Assembly (NCBI GenBank): GCA_004431415.1
Contig: QPMI01000578.1
Location: 1-64,000 of the forward strand
Reading direction: 5' to 3'
Length of the DNA: 64,000 bases
DNA from: Cyanophora paradoxa CCMP329
Taxonomy: Eukaryota > Plantae > Glaucophyta
Under the pieces are notes generated by a model. That model was given only the letters and a program-made list of their open reading frames with translations, was not told where the DNA came from and ran no database searches. A program made the position numbers and the translations under genes. Positions 1-11,179 of this stretch are shown here, piece after piece (within the stretch, counting starts at the first letter, position 1; each line of letters begins with the position of its first letter).

Positions 1-150
1 ATAGGTGGCTATGTTTACCATAGTGGTGAACATGCAGAATTCATTCAGATAATGACAGAAACCTGGTGATAAGGGAACTCACAGTTGAGTTTAAAGATTA
101 CTTTGTGAACTGATTGATATGAATGGAATCGTAATTTTTTCAGTTGGAGT

Positions 151-1703
151 TTATCGAATAAAGGCACCTGTAAAGTCAACTCTCATTGTGGAGCATTCAC
201 ATACACAAGGGGATAAATGCGAATATATTTAATTCTGAGAGAAAACCTATGTAAAAAGCATCCTTGATGCTGAGAGGAAATCCACTCAATAGAGCCACAT
301 CACCTGAGTTTGTGAGCATTGTTAATGTTCTCACAGACATATATTTTGTTTTGCCCATCTGATCGAATAAAAGACCAGTTGATCCCATCAGTGGATGTTG
401 CCACATTGAAAGTCTTAATAAAGCATTGGTGTCCCCTGAACCATAGGCAATAACAGAGGAGAGTTCGAAAGTATATGGGAAAGCAACTTGAAGGTATTCA
501 GTGGGGGTTTTCCCATATCTGCTCAGGAGCATAGGCTCCAGCTTCCAGCCAAATGCTGAAGGTCTAGCCATGAAAGGCTCTTTACCAGTCACAGAGGATG
601 AGGCAGTGAAGCATCATCTGCAAGCTGATACCAATTAGCATCCAAAGGTGGTGATGTAGTGAGAGTGGATGAAATGTAAGCCTTTGAAGGGTTCTTTAGT
701 TCATAGTTTGCTACTAGTAGGCTGCAAAGCTTATTGATTCATATCATTGTTTGCTGCAATGTAGGTTTCTGTGAAAGAAAGCATATCTGGGATTTTAGAA
801 GTGTCATCAAGGGAGCTAACTATATGGTTTGGAAGAGGGACCGATAGCCTATAGTATCTACCATAATCTTGATCATAGTTGTAGGTAACAACTCCTCCAT
901 CTTATCAAGGGCAGAAAGCTCACTTGCAGCCATGAGCATGTTAATCAATGGGCTTCCATCTGTTGAGGCAATCCATGAGAGAATTCCCCAGCTGTTCACA
1001 GTCTCATAAGCATAACCCACATAATCAGACTCTAAATGTGGGTCCACCTCACCACAAGAGATACTTATTACTATTATATCATCATCATCACTGTAAATCT
1101 TCTTTGCATGGCTGTAACCACACACACTGGGATTATTGTTTCCCGAAATGGCACCATCAATGAGACAGACAAATACTCCCCGATTGAAATCAACAATGCT
1201 TACAGGAGAGAAATATGTAGGAGCAGCAGAAGTAGCCCTAGCAGCAATCTTACAAGGCATAAAGTTGTAGTTGTTGTCATTTGTGATAAATATTGGTTTC
1301 ATATTCTGAGTATCAAAGGATGTAATCACAATGTCCTTTAGGGAATCCTGTATTAGTGATTCACCAGTAACTGAATTAATTGCAGTCTCCAAGGGTCCCA
1401 CATCATATTTTGTATTAAAAAGGGCATTTTCGATGATATTTCGAGGATTGCGAAAATCAAGGGCAGTTGAGTTAGGTAAATATTGTGTAAATCGTTTGCT
1501 GTCAGTTTAGGTTCACCTGGTTTATCAGGATGCCTGATATTCAAACCTATTGCAATGATCCCACCAGTGGAAGTTCCACTTACAAGATCCACAAGATCGA
1601 TTACTCTTCTGCCAGTTCGATTTTCGATTTCTTTTAGCAGCCTGGTTATGATAATGCCCCTTGCACCCCCGCCAGAAAGACTTAAAACGACCTTGAGAGG
1701 CAT
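151..1703 (-). pseudogene. Patatin-like phospholipase fused to C-terminal F5/8 type C (discoidin) domain; several frameshifts
   Basis: ORF 1353-1703 has LSLSGGGARG and GTSTG; ORF 820-1401 has ATSAAPTYF, DGA and VISISCG. A shifted frame gives SSLDDTS. Further down: EYLQVAF...SSVIAYG, IKTFNVATSTDGINWSF, KYIRIYP and MRVDFTG before TAA at 151-153, which are discoidin-domain hallmarks. Breaks may be assembly indels. Confidence 0.8.
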
Positions 1704-1746
1704 CTTTTACTTATCAAGAATTTTATAAATCCATATAGTAAAAGCC
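1704..1746. promoter_or_regulatory. 43-bp divergent intergenic region with inverted GTAAAAG motifs (candidate bidirectional viral promoter)
   Basis: CTTTTAC at 1704-1710 directly precedes the patatin ATG (minus strand) and GTAAAAG at 1738-1744 precedes the fibre ATG. The same motif recurs before the ATGs at 8329 and 9198. Confidence 0.5.
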
Positions 1747-4700
1747 ATGAGCTTCAATTACCCACCCAATCTAGAAACCATTCAAGATGATAATGCAAGC
1801 AGCACCAAGCATGTGAACTTTGATAATATTAAAGTAAAGGGTTCAGTTTCGATTGACCACAGCTCTGATAATTCATCAAAGACTCAATCAAGGGAGCATG
1901 CTTTATCTGTGAATCAAACCGATCCAGATAAAGAGGAGGTCAGTGTTGCTTTTAGTTTGGGTAATGTGAAAGCAAACCAAGTGGCAGAGATCAAAGCAAC
2001 AAGAAGGAGACCTAGGAAACTAAAAACCAGTGGCACTCACCCAGATATACCTTCCAGGTTCGATAGTGGTCGATTGATTTTCAATGTTCAAGATGAGCAG
2101 GCAAACAGAACACAGCTTTGCGAATTTACAATGAGGGCAGCACTGCAAAAGCTGAGGTCCCCCAAGTATTGCAAGTGGGTCCCATTGCCAACACAAATCA
2201 GGTCTCCTACACAAATGATGTCTACCCAAAGGATATTACATATGACTTTGCAAGGAATGAGCCTTTTGGGTCTTTACTCCAAAAGATGTCCATCAAAAAA
2301 AGCCATCAATTACAATCAACAGTAGCCCCAGTCAACCAGTAGCAATCCATTTACATCCTGATTTAGTCGAAATGGATAGGCACCTTTTGCCTTTGTATAG
2401 CAATGTGAAAGACCTTGGAATTCGAACCAGGCAATGGCGAAATATCCATGGCAGTAATGTGTATGCAAATGGTGAGAAGCTTGTAAGTGAGAAGACCATA
2501 AGAGAGATCTTTGAGTATTATGGACCTGTCCCAGTTCCCTTCCCTCTTCCATGGGATCCACCGGATTTAACACCAAAGAAGCAGCCTGGAAGAGAATACA
2601 CAGCAACTGAAGATGTAGCCTTTGGGCAGCATATTGTTAGTTGGGAGCAAGTTCGCAATAAACGATAATTGAACCCAGAAAGCAAATAGATGAGCAGTAT
2701 TTACCTCCTGAAGTCGATATTTTAGAGCTTGATGAATATCAATTCGTTCCAGATGAGGAGGAGTATTTACCAGATGGTTTTGACCCACAAGAATATGAAT
2801 ATGATCAGTATGACCCAATGAGGAGGAGATACTACCAGATGGCTTAGATCCTCAAGAGTATGAGTATGAGCAGAACTATGAACCTGATGAGGAGTATTTA
2901 CCAGATGGTCATGATCCACCAGTTGTTGACTATGAGCAACCTTATGAACCCCATGAGGAATTATTACCAGATGGATTTCGACCTGAGATCTGGGAGTTCT
3001 TTCCTGATTATGAACAAATTAATAATAAACCTGCAAAGTATCCCCCAGAGGATCACAATCATGATTGGGATGAGATCTTAGGCAAACCTCAAAAGTATCC
3101 ACCAGAGGATCACAGGCATGATTGGGGTGAAATTGATGGGATACCTACTGAGTTCCCACCAAGCAAACATGAACATATTTGGGATGAGATCAATGACCAA
3201 CCAGAATTTGCAAAGGTAGAGCCTCTTGATAACTTGGGGGTTTCTCTTTACCAGACTTGCAATGTCCCTGAAAGAATCTTTTTGAATGAACACTATGTAC
3301 ATGTGAATGGGACACTTGCGAATTCAGCTATGAGAGGACCACTTCATATTAGGACATTACCAGGCTCTTTTGAAACCCCACCACCACCAGGAGCAACCAT
3401 ACCAAATATCTTTGTGTCAAGCTACATGGAGGCTGACATTCCCACAGATACATTCAGAGTCCCAACAGACCCAGCAACCTACCAAAATTACAACTCTGCT
3501 ATACAGGTTCATGTAGCAGATGTAAGCAGCTTAGATGGCTCAAGACCAATGATAGTATTCAGTCGAGATAAATATTCCTACATTCCCATAGTGGGAACTG
3601 CAAATGATAACTATGGGAGGGCAGAGCTTGCATGGATTAAAACAGATTATGGTGGGGTTCTGGAAGCTAATCAGAGGATGGCTGCAAAAAACATACACAA
3701 TGAGAACATTTCGAGAGTGGTCACAGAGGATTACCTTACTGCAGTAATCCTTGTTAATTTTGTAACCCTTGCTATGCTTGATCAATTTATTACAGAAGCT
3801 GAACTTGCAGCAGAACTATCCAAATATCTCCCTCTTGTGGGTGGGACAATCACAGGAAACCTCACAGTTAATAGTAATATTTACAGCAGCAATATAGTGA
3901 CCAGCAACCTAAAAGTAAATGGAATCCTCACAATTGGCTCTTGCAATTTCAATACCATGAATCAGGTTTACGAAGAATGGTATGATGTCCCGCCAAGCTT
4001 TGATCCAGCATCAAATATCTCGAACTGCATTTTTGCTTGGAAGGCATCAGGAGTACCAGGTCAATCAGCAATGTATACAACTATAGTAAGCAGAGTCCCG
4101 AATTCAGTTGTTCCAGACTTGTTTATCTACGGAGCCAGTTCCTATTACACCAATCCCGAAATCAACAACCAAGTTAGTGTTTCAAGCCCAACAGGCACTT
4201 TTTATGCATATACCTCTGCTACAAGAACTATTGATTTCTCAAATGGGCTTACATTTTTCTTTGTGGGAAAATATCATCCAACTGCCTCTTCTATGCAAGT
4301 TCATTTGAGACTTTACAGAAGCACCTTTCCATCACGATATTGTTATTATGGGGCAACATCTTCTACTGCTATTGGAATGAACCAGTTTACTATTAATGGA
4401 GTATCCCAAAACCGCCCAGTTATTACGGTTCCTTCTTTAATAAATACATGGTATTACACTGACCAAACAATTACTTCCAGCAGCTACACAGTCGGGTTAA
4501 ATGGAGTAGATATTCAAACACTTGTAGGAACAAATTATCTACCAGATAATACTGTCAATCATTTCGGATTTGGTAATATTGTGAATGGTGGTATTTCCGA
4601 GTTGATTGTTTTCAATAGGGCTTTGACAACTTCTGAAAAGAATGCTGTGAGGTATTACATTCAACAAAAATATGGATTCACTCATACCCAGACTCTGAAT

Positions 4701-7700
4701 ATTTACAGAGGATTAAAAATAACCTCACCTGATACTGTAATAGATTACCTTACAGTTACAAGCAATGCAAATTTACCACATCATCCAACCTCTAATGTGG
4801 TTCAAGGTTGGATTCAAAATCACACTCACACAAAAGCCCAGATTACAGATTTTGCCCATACTCACACAAAAGATCAGATCACAGATTTCGCCCACACTCA
4901 TTTATGGGCAGACCTCACAGACAAACCGCTGACTTTTGCTCCTTCTGCGCATACTCACACAAAGTCAGAGATAACAGACTTTGCACACACTCATTTATGG
5001 GCAGACCTCACCGATAAACCATTAACGTTTGCTCCTTCTGCGCACACTCACACAAAGTCTCAAATTACAGATTTCGCCCATTCTCATACGAAGTCAGAGA
5101 TAACAGATTTCGCCCACACTCATTTATGGGCAGACCTCACTGATAAACCGCTCACGTTTACTCCTTCTGCGCACACTCACACAAAGTCTCAAATAACAGA
5201 TTTCGCCCATACTCATTTATGGGCAGACCTCACTGATAAACCGCTCACGTTTACTCCTTCTGCGCACACTCACACGAAGTCTCAAATTACAGATTTCGCC
5301 CATTCTCACACAAAGTCAGAGATAACAGATTTTGCACACACCCATTTATGGGCAGATCTCACAGACAAACCGCTCACGTTTACTCCTTCTGCGCACACTC
5401 ACACAAAGTCTCAAATTACAGATTTCGCCCATTCTCACACAAAGTCAGAGATTACAGATTTTGCACACACCCATTTATGGGCAGATCTCACAGACAAACC
5501 GCTCACGTTTACTCCTTCTGCGCACACTCACACAAAGTCTCAAATTACAGATTTCGCCCATTCTCATACAAAGTCAGAGATAACAGACTTTGCCCACACT
5601 CATTTATGGAATGACATCACAGACAAACCATCAACGTTTGCCCCTTCTGCGCACACTCATGATTACTTGCCTCTCACAGGAGGAACAATTTCCTCAAATC
5701 TTACGATTTCATCCAACTTGAATGTTATAGGAAAAATTCAAATTGGAGACAAAAATACAAACATTGATGTATACTATGACGCACCCTATTATCCTGTTAC
5801 TTCTAATACAGACCCCGCTTTTGCCATACCAGATTGCCTCTTAACAATAAGATTAGATGTTGTCCCTGTCGGCATAAACATCAGTCACGCCTTTATTGCA
5901 AATAGAGCAACTACGGCAATTCCCTTTATTTCCGGGGTAACCTTCCCATGGTCAGGATACAACACAATAACTCAATTGAGATCTGATTACAATAACCGAA
6001 ACATTGCCCAACAACCTACTTATTCATATACAAGCCGGGAATTTGGAATGCCGTATCCCGTAACTGTGGATTGGTCAAAAGGTATCACCATCTTCTTTGC
6101 AGGTTCTTATAGATTTTGGGGACCGTGGGTAGATCTCTTAAATTTTAGTTCACCAGATGGAACTAATAAAGTATCCTTTGGGACAACAGGTAGCAGTATG
6201 GGTATACATTCTTATACAAGCAATGGTGTGACTTACCCAGCAGCACACTTAAATTATCCCACATCGTATTCTGAGTTGTCGCCGAATCATTGGGACTTTA
6301 CAGTTTCTTCAAATGTCTGCACTTTCGGATTTAACGGACAAGATTTAGGCACAGTCATTACAGAAGTGGATTATCTTCCACCTTCCACTTTTAGTAGGAT
6401 GGGTGTTGCCTATTTCATTACGGCAGTAGGGGAATATATTATATTCAACAGAGCATTGACATTTGATGAAAGGCAAAAAGTGAGATATTATATGCAAGAT
6501 TATTTTGGCTTTCCAAAAAAGCAAACAATCGTTATTCCTGATAATCTACGCATTTCTGCTGAAAATGTTCATATTAGAAATTTAATCGTTTCTTCAAATG
6601 CAAGCATTCCAAACTATACCACATCAAATGTGGTTCAAGGTTGGATACAGAACCACACACCTGCGTGGTCAAATATCACAGACAAACCGTTAACGTTTGC
6701 TCCTGATGTTCATACTCACACAAAAGACCAAATATCAGACTTTTCCCATTCTCATTTATGGAATGACATCACAGACAAACCGTTAACCTTTGCTCCTGCT
6801 GCTCACTCTCATTTATGGGCGGACATCACAGACAAACCATTAACATTTGCACCTGCTGCTCACTCTCATTTATGGGCGGACATCACAGACAAACCATTAA
6901 CATTTGCACCTGCTGCTCATACTCATGATTGGATAGGTATTACAAATAAACCTTTGCTGTTTCCGCCCGATGCTCATACACACCCTTGGAGTAGTATAAC
7001 AGAAAAACCATTAACATTTCCGGCAACAGCTCACACTCATTTATGGAATGATATTACAGACAAACCAACATTTGCAACTGTTGCGACAACCGGAAATTAT
7101 GATGATTTAATTAACAAGCCAACATACACAGCGCCCACAAATTTTGACGCTACAAGTATTATTTCCACAGATCGCACAGGTGATTGGAGAAATTACAACG
7201 GAGGAATATTGACAGGGGACACAAATACTTGGGCGAACACATGGGCTGCTTCTGATGAAGATTGTAGTAGCTGTAAAATGTATTGGAATGTCCCAACAGG
7301 AATGAAATCTTGTTATATCTATTATGCTTGTCATTACAATTGTAGATACTTTGATGTGGTGGGAATTTATCCTCCAACAACTGTGTATACATATTTACGA
7401 GTAAATGCCTATTCTACTGCAATCGACCCATCAAAGGAATTCAAACAGTATGTTGGAATAAATTGTGAAGGACTAACCAAAGTTGGTGTTCATGGACAGA
7501 AAGGAAGAATTTATTTACCCGGTCCAATTGCTGTTGGATGGAGCAAAAACCCTGCTGTAACTTCACACAGTGGTTACTGTCATTGGGATAATATCTTCGG
7601 AAAACCAACAGCTTCAACATCTGTCGGTCCTCACTCACACAGCAAAGCAGATATCACAGATTTTGCACATACTCACACAAAGGCAAATATTACAGATTTT

Positions 7701-8279
7701 GCCCATACTCACACTAAATCAGAAATCTCAGATTTGCCTTCTTTTGATCCATTCACAGCCAATACGATCACAGCAAATAATACTATGTATGTAGGATCGG
7801 GTTCAATAGTAACTCCTGCATCACCCACAAACCAAGAAACATGGTTCTTCCACAATTCCGCAAACTTTTATGATAAAACACTGCTCTGTCGTGGAAATGC
7901 TTATGCAAGAGCATTTTATGCGATGAATGCAGGAACCACAAACACAATCAGCCAAGTTCCATCTTGGTATGATATAGAAAGACGTTTCAAATCAGGAAAA
8001 TATCAAGCCACAAGTGGTGTTATAAGCGCGGGTCAAACAACACAGCATGCATATGTTTTATATTGGGACCCACCTTTTTACACTCAGACACCTGTTGTAA
8101 ATGCCACACTTCAAGGAACTCCTGCAACAAACCCAGGGGATGTAGATTTTAGAATTGGAATCTCAAACTCCACAGCTAACTACACAACAATCTATGTGAC
8201 ATTCATAGCATCCCCTACTCTATCTGAAAGTCGAAGTATTACTTGCACAATCCATTGGACAGCATATGGAATCCCATAA
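1747..8279 (+). CDS. Giant fibre / receptor-binding-like virion protein (HxH tail-fibre repeats, two LamG/ConA-like domains, C-terminal H-type-lectin-like domain); 5' part frameshifted
   Basis: The frame of ORF 3234-8279 stays open upstream to ~2820 (EEILPDGLDPQEYE...KYPPEDHNHDWDEI). Fragments 1747-2325, 2118-2342 and 2372-2668 join by single-base shifts. Motifs: LLPLYSNVKDLGIRTRQWRNIH, YLPLxGGTI, HTHTKSQITDFA / HTHLWADLTDKPLTFAPSA repeats, two ExIxFNRALTxxExxxVRYY modules, terminal TPVVNAT...IHWTAYG. Confidence 0.8.
4820..5660 (+). repeat. Coding tandem array of 36-bp (12 aa) and 57-bp (19 aa) His-rich units within the fibre gene
   Basis: Near-identical units CACACTCACACAAAGTCTCAAATTACAGATTTCGCC and CATTTATGGGCAGACCTCAC...AAACCGCTCACGTTTACTCCTTCTGCG. 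A second, more diverged array lies at ~6650-7070 and a short third at ~7630-7730. Confidence 0.9.
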
Positions 8280-8328
8280 TAAATGCATATTTCGCATTAT
8301 TTTTCTTTCCTTCTTAGTAAAAGAAGCA

Positions 8329-9174
8329 ATGGGTGAATATAATCGAGTTCAACTGCCTATATATTCCCTTGGATCCCCTGCAATGCATTTTCGCCAGCAT
8401 GAAGTAAATGATGAGGTTCGTGGTTTAGAATCCACAGAGAGACCCAATTCCAATGGTAACTCCTTTGATAAAAATTCGATTATTCGAGTAAAAGAGCTGA
8501 GAGCTGATAAGAATTCTGGTGTGGTTAAAACAACTCGACTTCTTGTCACCAATGCTAACTTCTTCCAGCCTACAAATGGAGGTCCTGATGCTTACAGTGT
8601 TGCCCTGAAAGCCCTAGATTTCGACAAGAATACTGCTGCTGTTACTGTGAGATCAGGAGGAGCATTTATTGGGGGTGGCTGTCGAATTTCAGGTCAGCTT
8701 TCATCCTCAATTTCGTATAATGATGTCCCAGATACTCTAGAGCAAAATGTAGAAGACCCCCAACGAATTCGATTATATACTCCTGTTGCACAGCAGCCAT
8801 TAATTCAATTTTACATTGGATATACTGTTACTCTTGAAAACTCGGAATTAATTGAAGGAACCAAAAGAGTACTGAGAGGTCTTGCGATTCCATCTGCAAT
8901 GCTTTCCCTTTGTAGAGCCAACAACAATCAAGTAGGTCATAAATACTATTTCAATGTTCAGGGATATAATCATTTCGGTTATGGCTACTGTGTTTATAAT
9001 AATAATTTCACCTTTGACTTGTTTGTTACAGATATTGGGTTATATACTATAACTCTTATCGGTTTGAGAACAGATATAGCCGCTGTATCAGCTCTTAGAG
9101 GTGTAACTCCTGATACTCTTTCAGTTACAGGGTTTTACATGGAGCCAGATGTAATTGATGACCCAACCCCATAA
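8329..9174 (+). CDS. Hypothetical viral protein, fibre-accessory/structural-like (paralogue 1)
   Basis: Intact ORF; ATG 8329 preferred because it does not overlap the fibre gene and follows GTAAAAG. Shares ELRxDKNxGxVKTTxLLVTNANF and SGGAxIGxGxR with the next gene. Confidence 0.7.
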   Translation: MGEYNRVQLPIYSLGSPAMHFRQHEVNDEVRGLESTERPNSNGNSFDKNSIIRVKELRADKNSGVVKTTRLLVTNANFFQPTNGGPDAYSVALKALDFDKNTAAVTVRSGGAFIGGGCRISGQLSSSISYNDVPDTLEQNVEDPQRIRLYTPVAQQPLIQFYIGYTVTLENSELIEGTKRVLRGLAIPSAMLSLCRANNNQVGHKYYFNVQGYNHFGYGYCVYNNNFTFDLFVTDIGLYTITLIGLRTDIAAVSALRGVTPDTLSVTGFYMEPDVIDDPTP

Positions 9175-9197
9175 AAGATATATCCCTTTAATGTAAA

Positions 9198-10030
9198 ATG
9201 GCTGAGCAACCCCCACTTGAACGAATTATTACACCTCAACTATCATTAGCTGCCCCAGCAAACCATGTTTTACAGCATGCTACCTTTGATGATGTAGAGG
9301 GTCTCCAATCCACAGAGGTCCAACCTACAATGAACACCTTTGGTTCCACCACAAACTGAGATTACAGGAACTCAGATGTGATAAAAATAATGGAATAGTT
9401 AAGACAACTAAGCTACTTGTCACAAATGCAAACTTTTCTGCTCATTATGGAGACCCAGATAGCTATGGAGATCCTCTGTCTACTTATTCTTTTGAATCTA
9501 GGTCGGGAGCTATTAACTGCAAATCGGGGGGAGCATATATTGGGGATGGTCTTAGGGTTGGTGGGGCTGTTGGAGCGCCTTTATTTGTGAATGATCAACC
9601 CAATCCTATTGATCCCAATACAAGAATTCGAACCTATGTCCCCAGCATGAATGCCCCATACATTATAAAGATATTCCCCATTGTTGTAAATGAACAAACA
9701 GCAGTAGTAGACTCTCTTGTTGAAATTGGTGACCACTACAAGGTAGTTGTGGATATCCCACCAGATGTATATGCTGTATGTCAAGTAGAGGGTGGAACTC
9801 CTAATTTTGCAGTTGTGATCACCCCATATGATAATTTTGGTATTGCTTATCATGGAGTCAATTTCGGTTTGGAAGACTATCAGTTTCTGGTGAGAGCCAC
9901 CAAGTTTGGTATCTACAAGTGTGTATTATATGCTGAGAGAACCGATTTTATTGCAAGGCAGAATACCTATGCTGAGTATTATGGCACAAATCGATATTTC
10001 CCCATTTTTGGACAGGATACTGCTCCATAA
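9198..10030 (+). CDS. Hypothetical viral protein (paralogue 2), frameshifted near 9350-9390
   Basis: MAEQPPLERIITPQL...VEGLQSTE...LQELRCDK...VKTTKLLVTNANF...KSGGAYIGDGLRVGG runs into ORF 9587-10030 (ends YAERTD...) and aligns by eye with 8329-9174. Confidence 0.68.
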
Positions 10031-10052
10031 GAATATTGGTTATATATAGAGT

Positions 10053-10325
10053 ATGGATAGTAAAACAAAAAAGTTTATTGATGCTGCTATGACAGTTCAT
10101 GGTAAAGATAAATTCGATTACAGTGAGACACATTACATCAAAGCTCAAGAGAAAGTATCTGTGAGATGTTTGCAGTGTAATAAGGTGATCCTTACCTATC
10201 CCTTTAATCATGTGAAGGGATCAGGTTGCAGGGACTGTAACAAAAGAAAGAGTCAAGCACACAGGAAAAGAGCTACTTCATCAATCAGAGTAGAGTATAG
10301 GGATATTTGCATTAGGTTTGACTAG
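10053..10325 (+). CDS. DUF723-like Zn-ribbon protein (type associated with homing endonucleases of large DNA viruses and phages)
   Basis: KFIDAAMTVHGKDKFDYSETHY...KVSVRCLQC...PFNHVKGSGCRDC pattern, basic C-terminus, no nuclease domain. Confidence 0.7.
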   Translation: MDSKTKKFIDAAMTVHGKDKFDYSETHYIKAQEKVSVRCLQCNKVILTYPFNHVKGSGCRDCNKRKSQAHRKRATSSIRVEYRDICIRFD

Positions 10326-10348
10326 TTAATTTTTCTAAGGTATTCTTA

Positions 10349-10747
10349 ATGGAGACTAAATACAGAGGCTTTCATGTTATGCTTGATTACAAGGCTAAAT
10401 CAGCTATAGCAACAGGTTATGAGCATGTTAGCTTCCTAGGTAATTGGATTATGGGAACCCTTGAACAAGCTATACTGAGACAAGGTATTAGGATTGTTCA
10501 TAAACACTGTGAGATATTTGATGGCAAAGTATCACCTCCTGGGTTTGCATTAGTTCTGCTCTTAGATGAAAGCCATTGCACAGCTCATTGTTATTCCAAT
10601 GAAGGCATGTTAGCAATTGATATATTCAGTTGTGGTAAAGAAGCTCAGCATAAAACACAATCTGTTGCAGATGAGATCGATAAAACAATGAATTTCCTCA
10701 CATTTGAGAAGACTGAGAGACATAAACATGATAGATTCCCGTTTTGA
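10349..10747 (+). CDS. speD: Prokaryote-type pyruvoyl-dependent S-adenosylmethionine decarboxylase proenzyme (SpeD/SpeH family)
   Basis: GFHVMLD, F...PPGFALVLLLDESHCTAHCY..EGMLAIDIFSCG: ESH self-cleavage site and DxFxCG motif; 132 aa. Confidence 0.88.
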   Translation: METKYRGFHVMLDYKAKSAIATGYEHVSFLGNWIMGTLEQAILRQGIRIVHKHCEIFDGKVSPPGFALVLLLDESHCTAHCYSNEGMLAIDIFSCGKEAQHKTQSVADEIDKTMNFLTFEKTERHKHDRFPF

Positions 10748-11179
10748 TGGGTTTCTATAATGAATTTCTAAAGGATTCCTTTGTTTTCTAACAATAACAT
10801 TGATAAGCTACTGTAACAAAAAGATATAATATATCCTTTCACTACAGTAGCTTTATACAATGATTATTTTCCGGATTCCGGACATTTTTTACGATAGAAT
10901 TCTATTTTAAGTAATTGGAATAATGTTCGATTTCATTACAGTAAAATTCAACATTCCCCTAGATTCCCCCTATTACCCTATTATTTAAGTGGACTCAAGG
11001 TTGACTCATATTAATCGTAAAAGTAGTAAAAGTATATGGATTTTGTTACGAATTCAATGCAAGGGTTGACTAAGTGGGTTGAGTTGACTCAAATTTCACA
11101 GGAAATAACAATGAATCAGAGTATAAATGCATTTTTTGAATCAACTACACCAACTAACACTGAGATTTTAACAATATAT

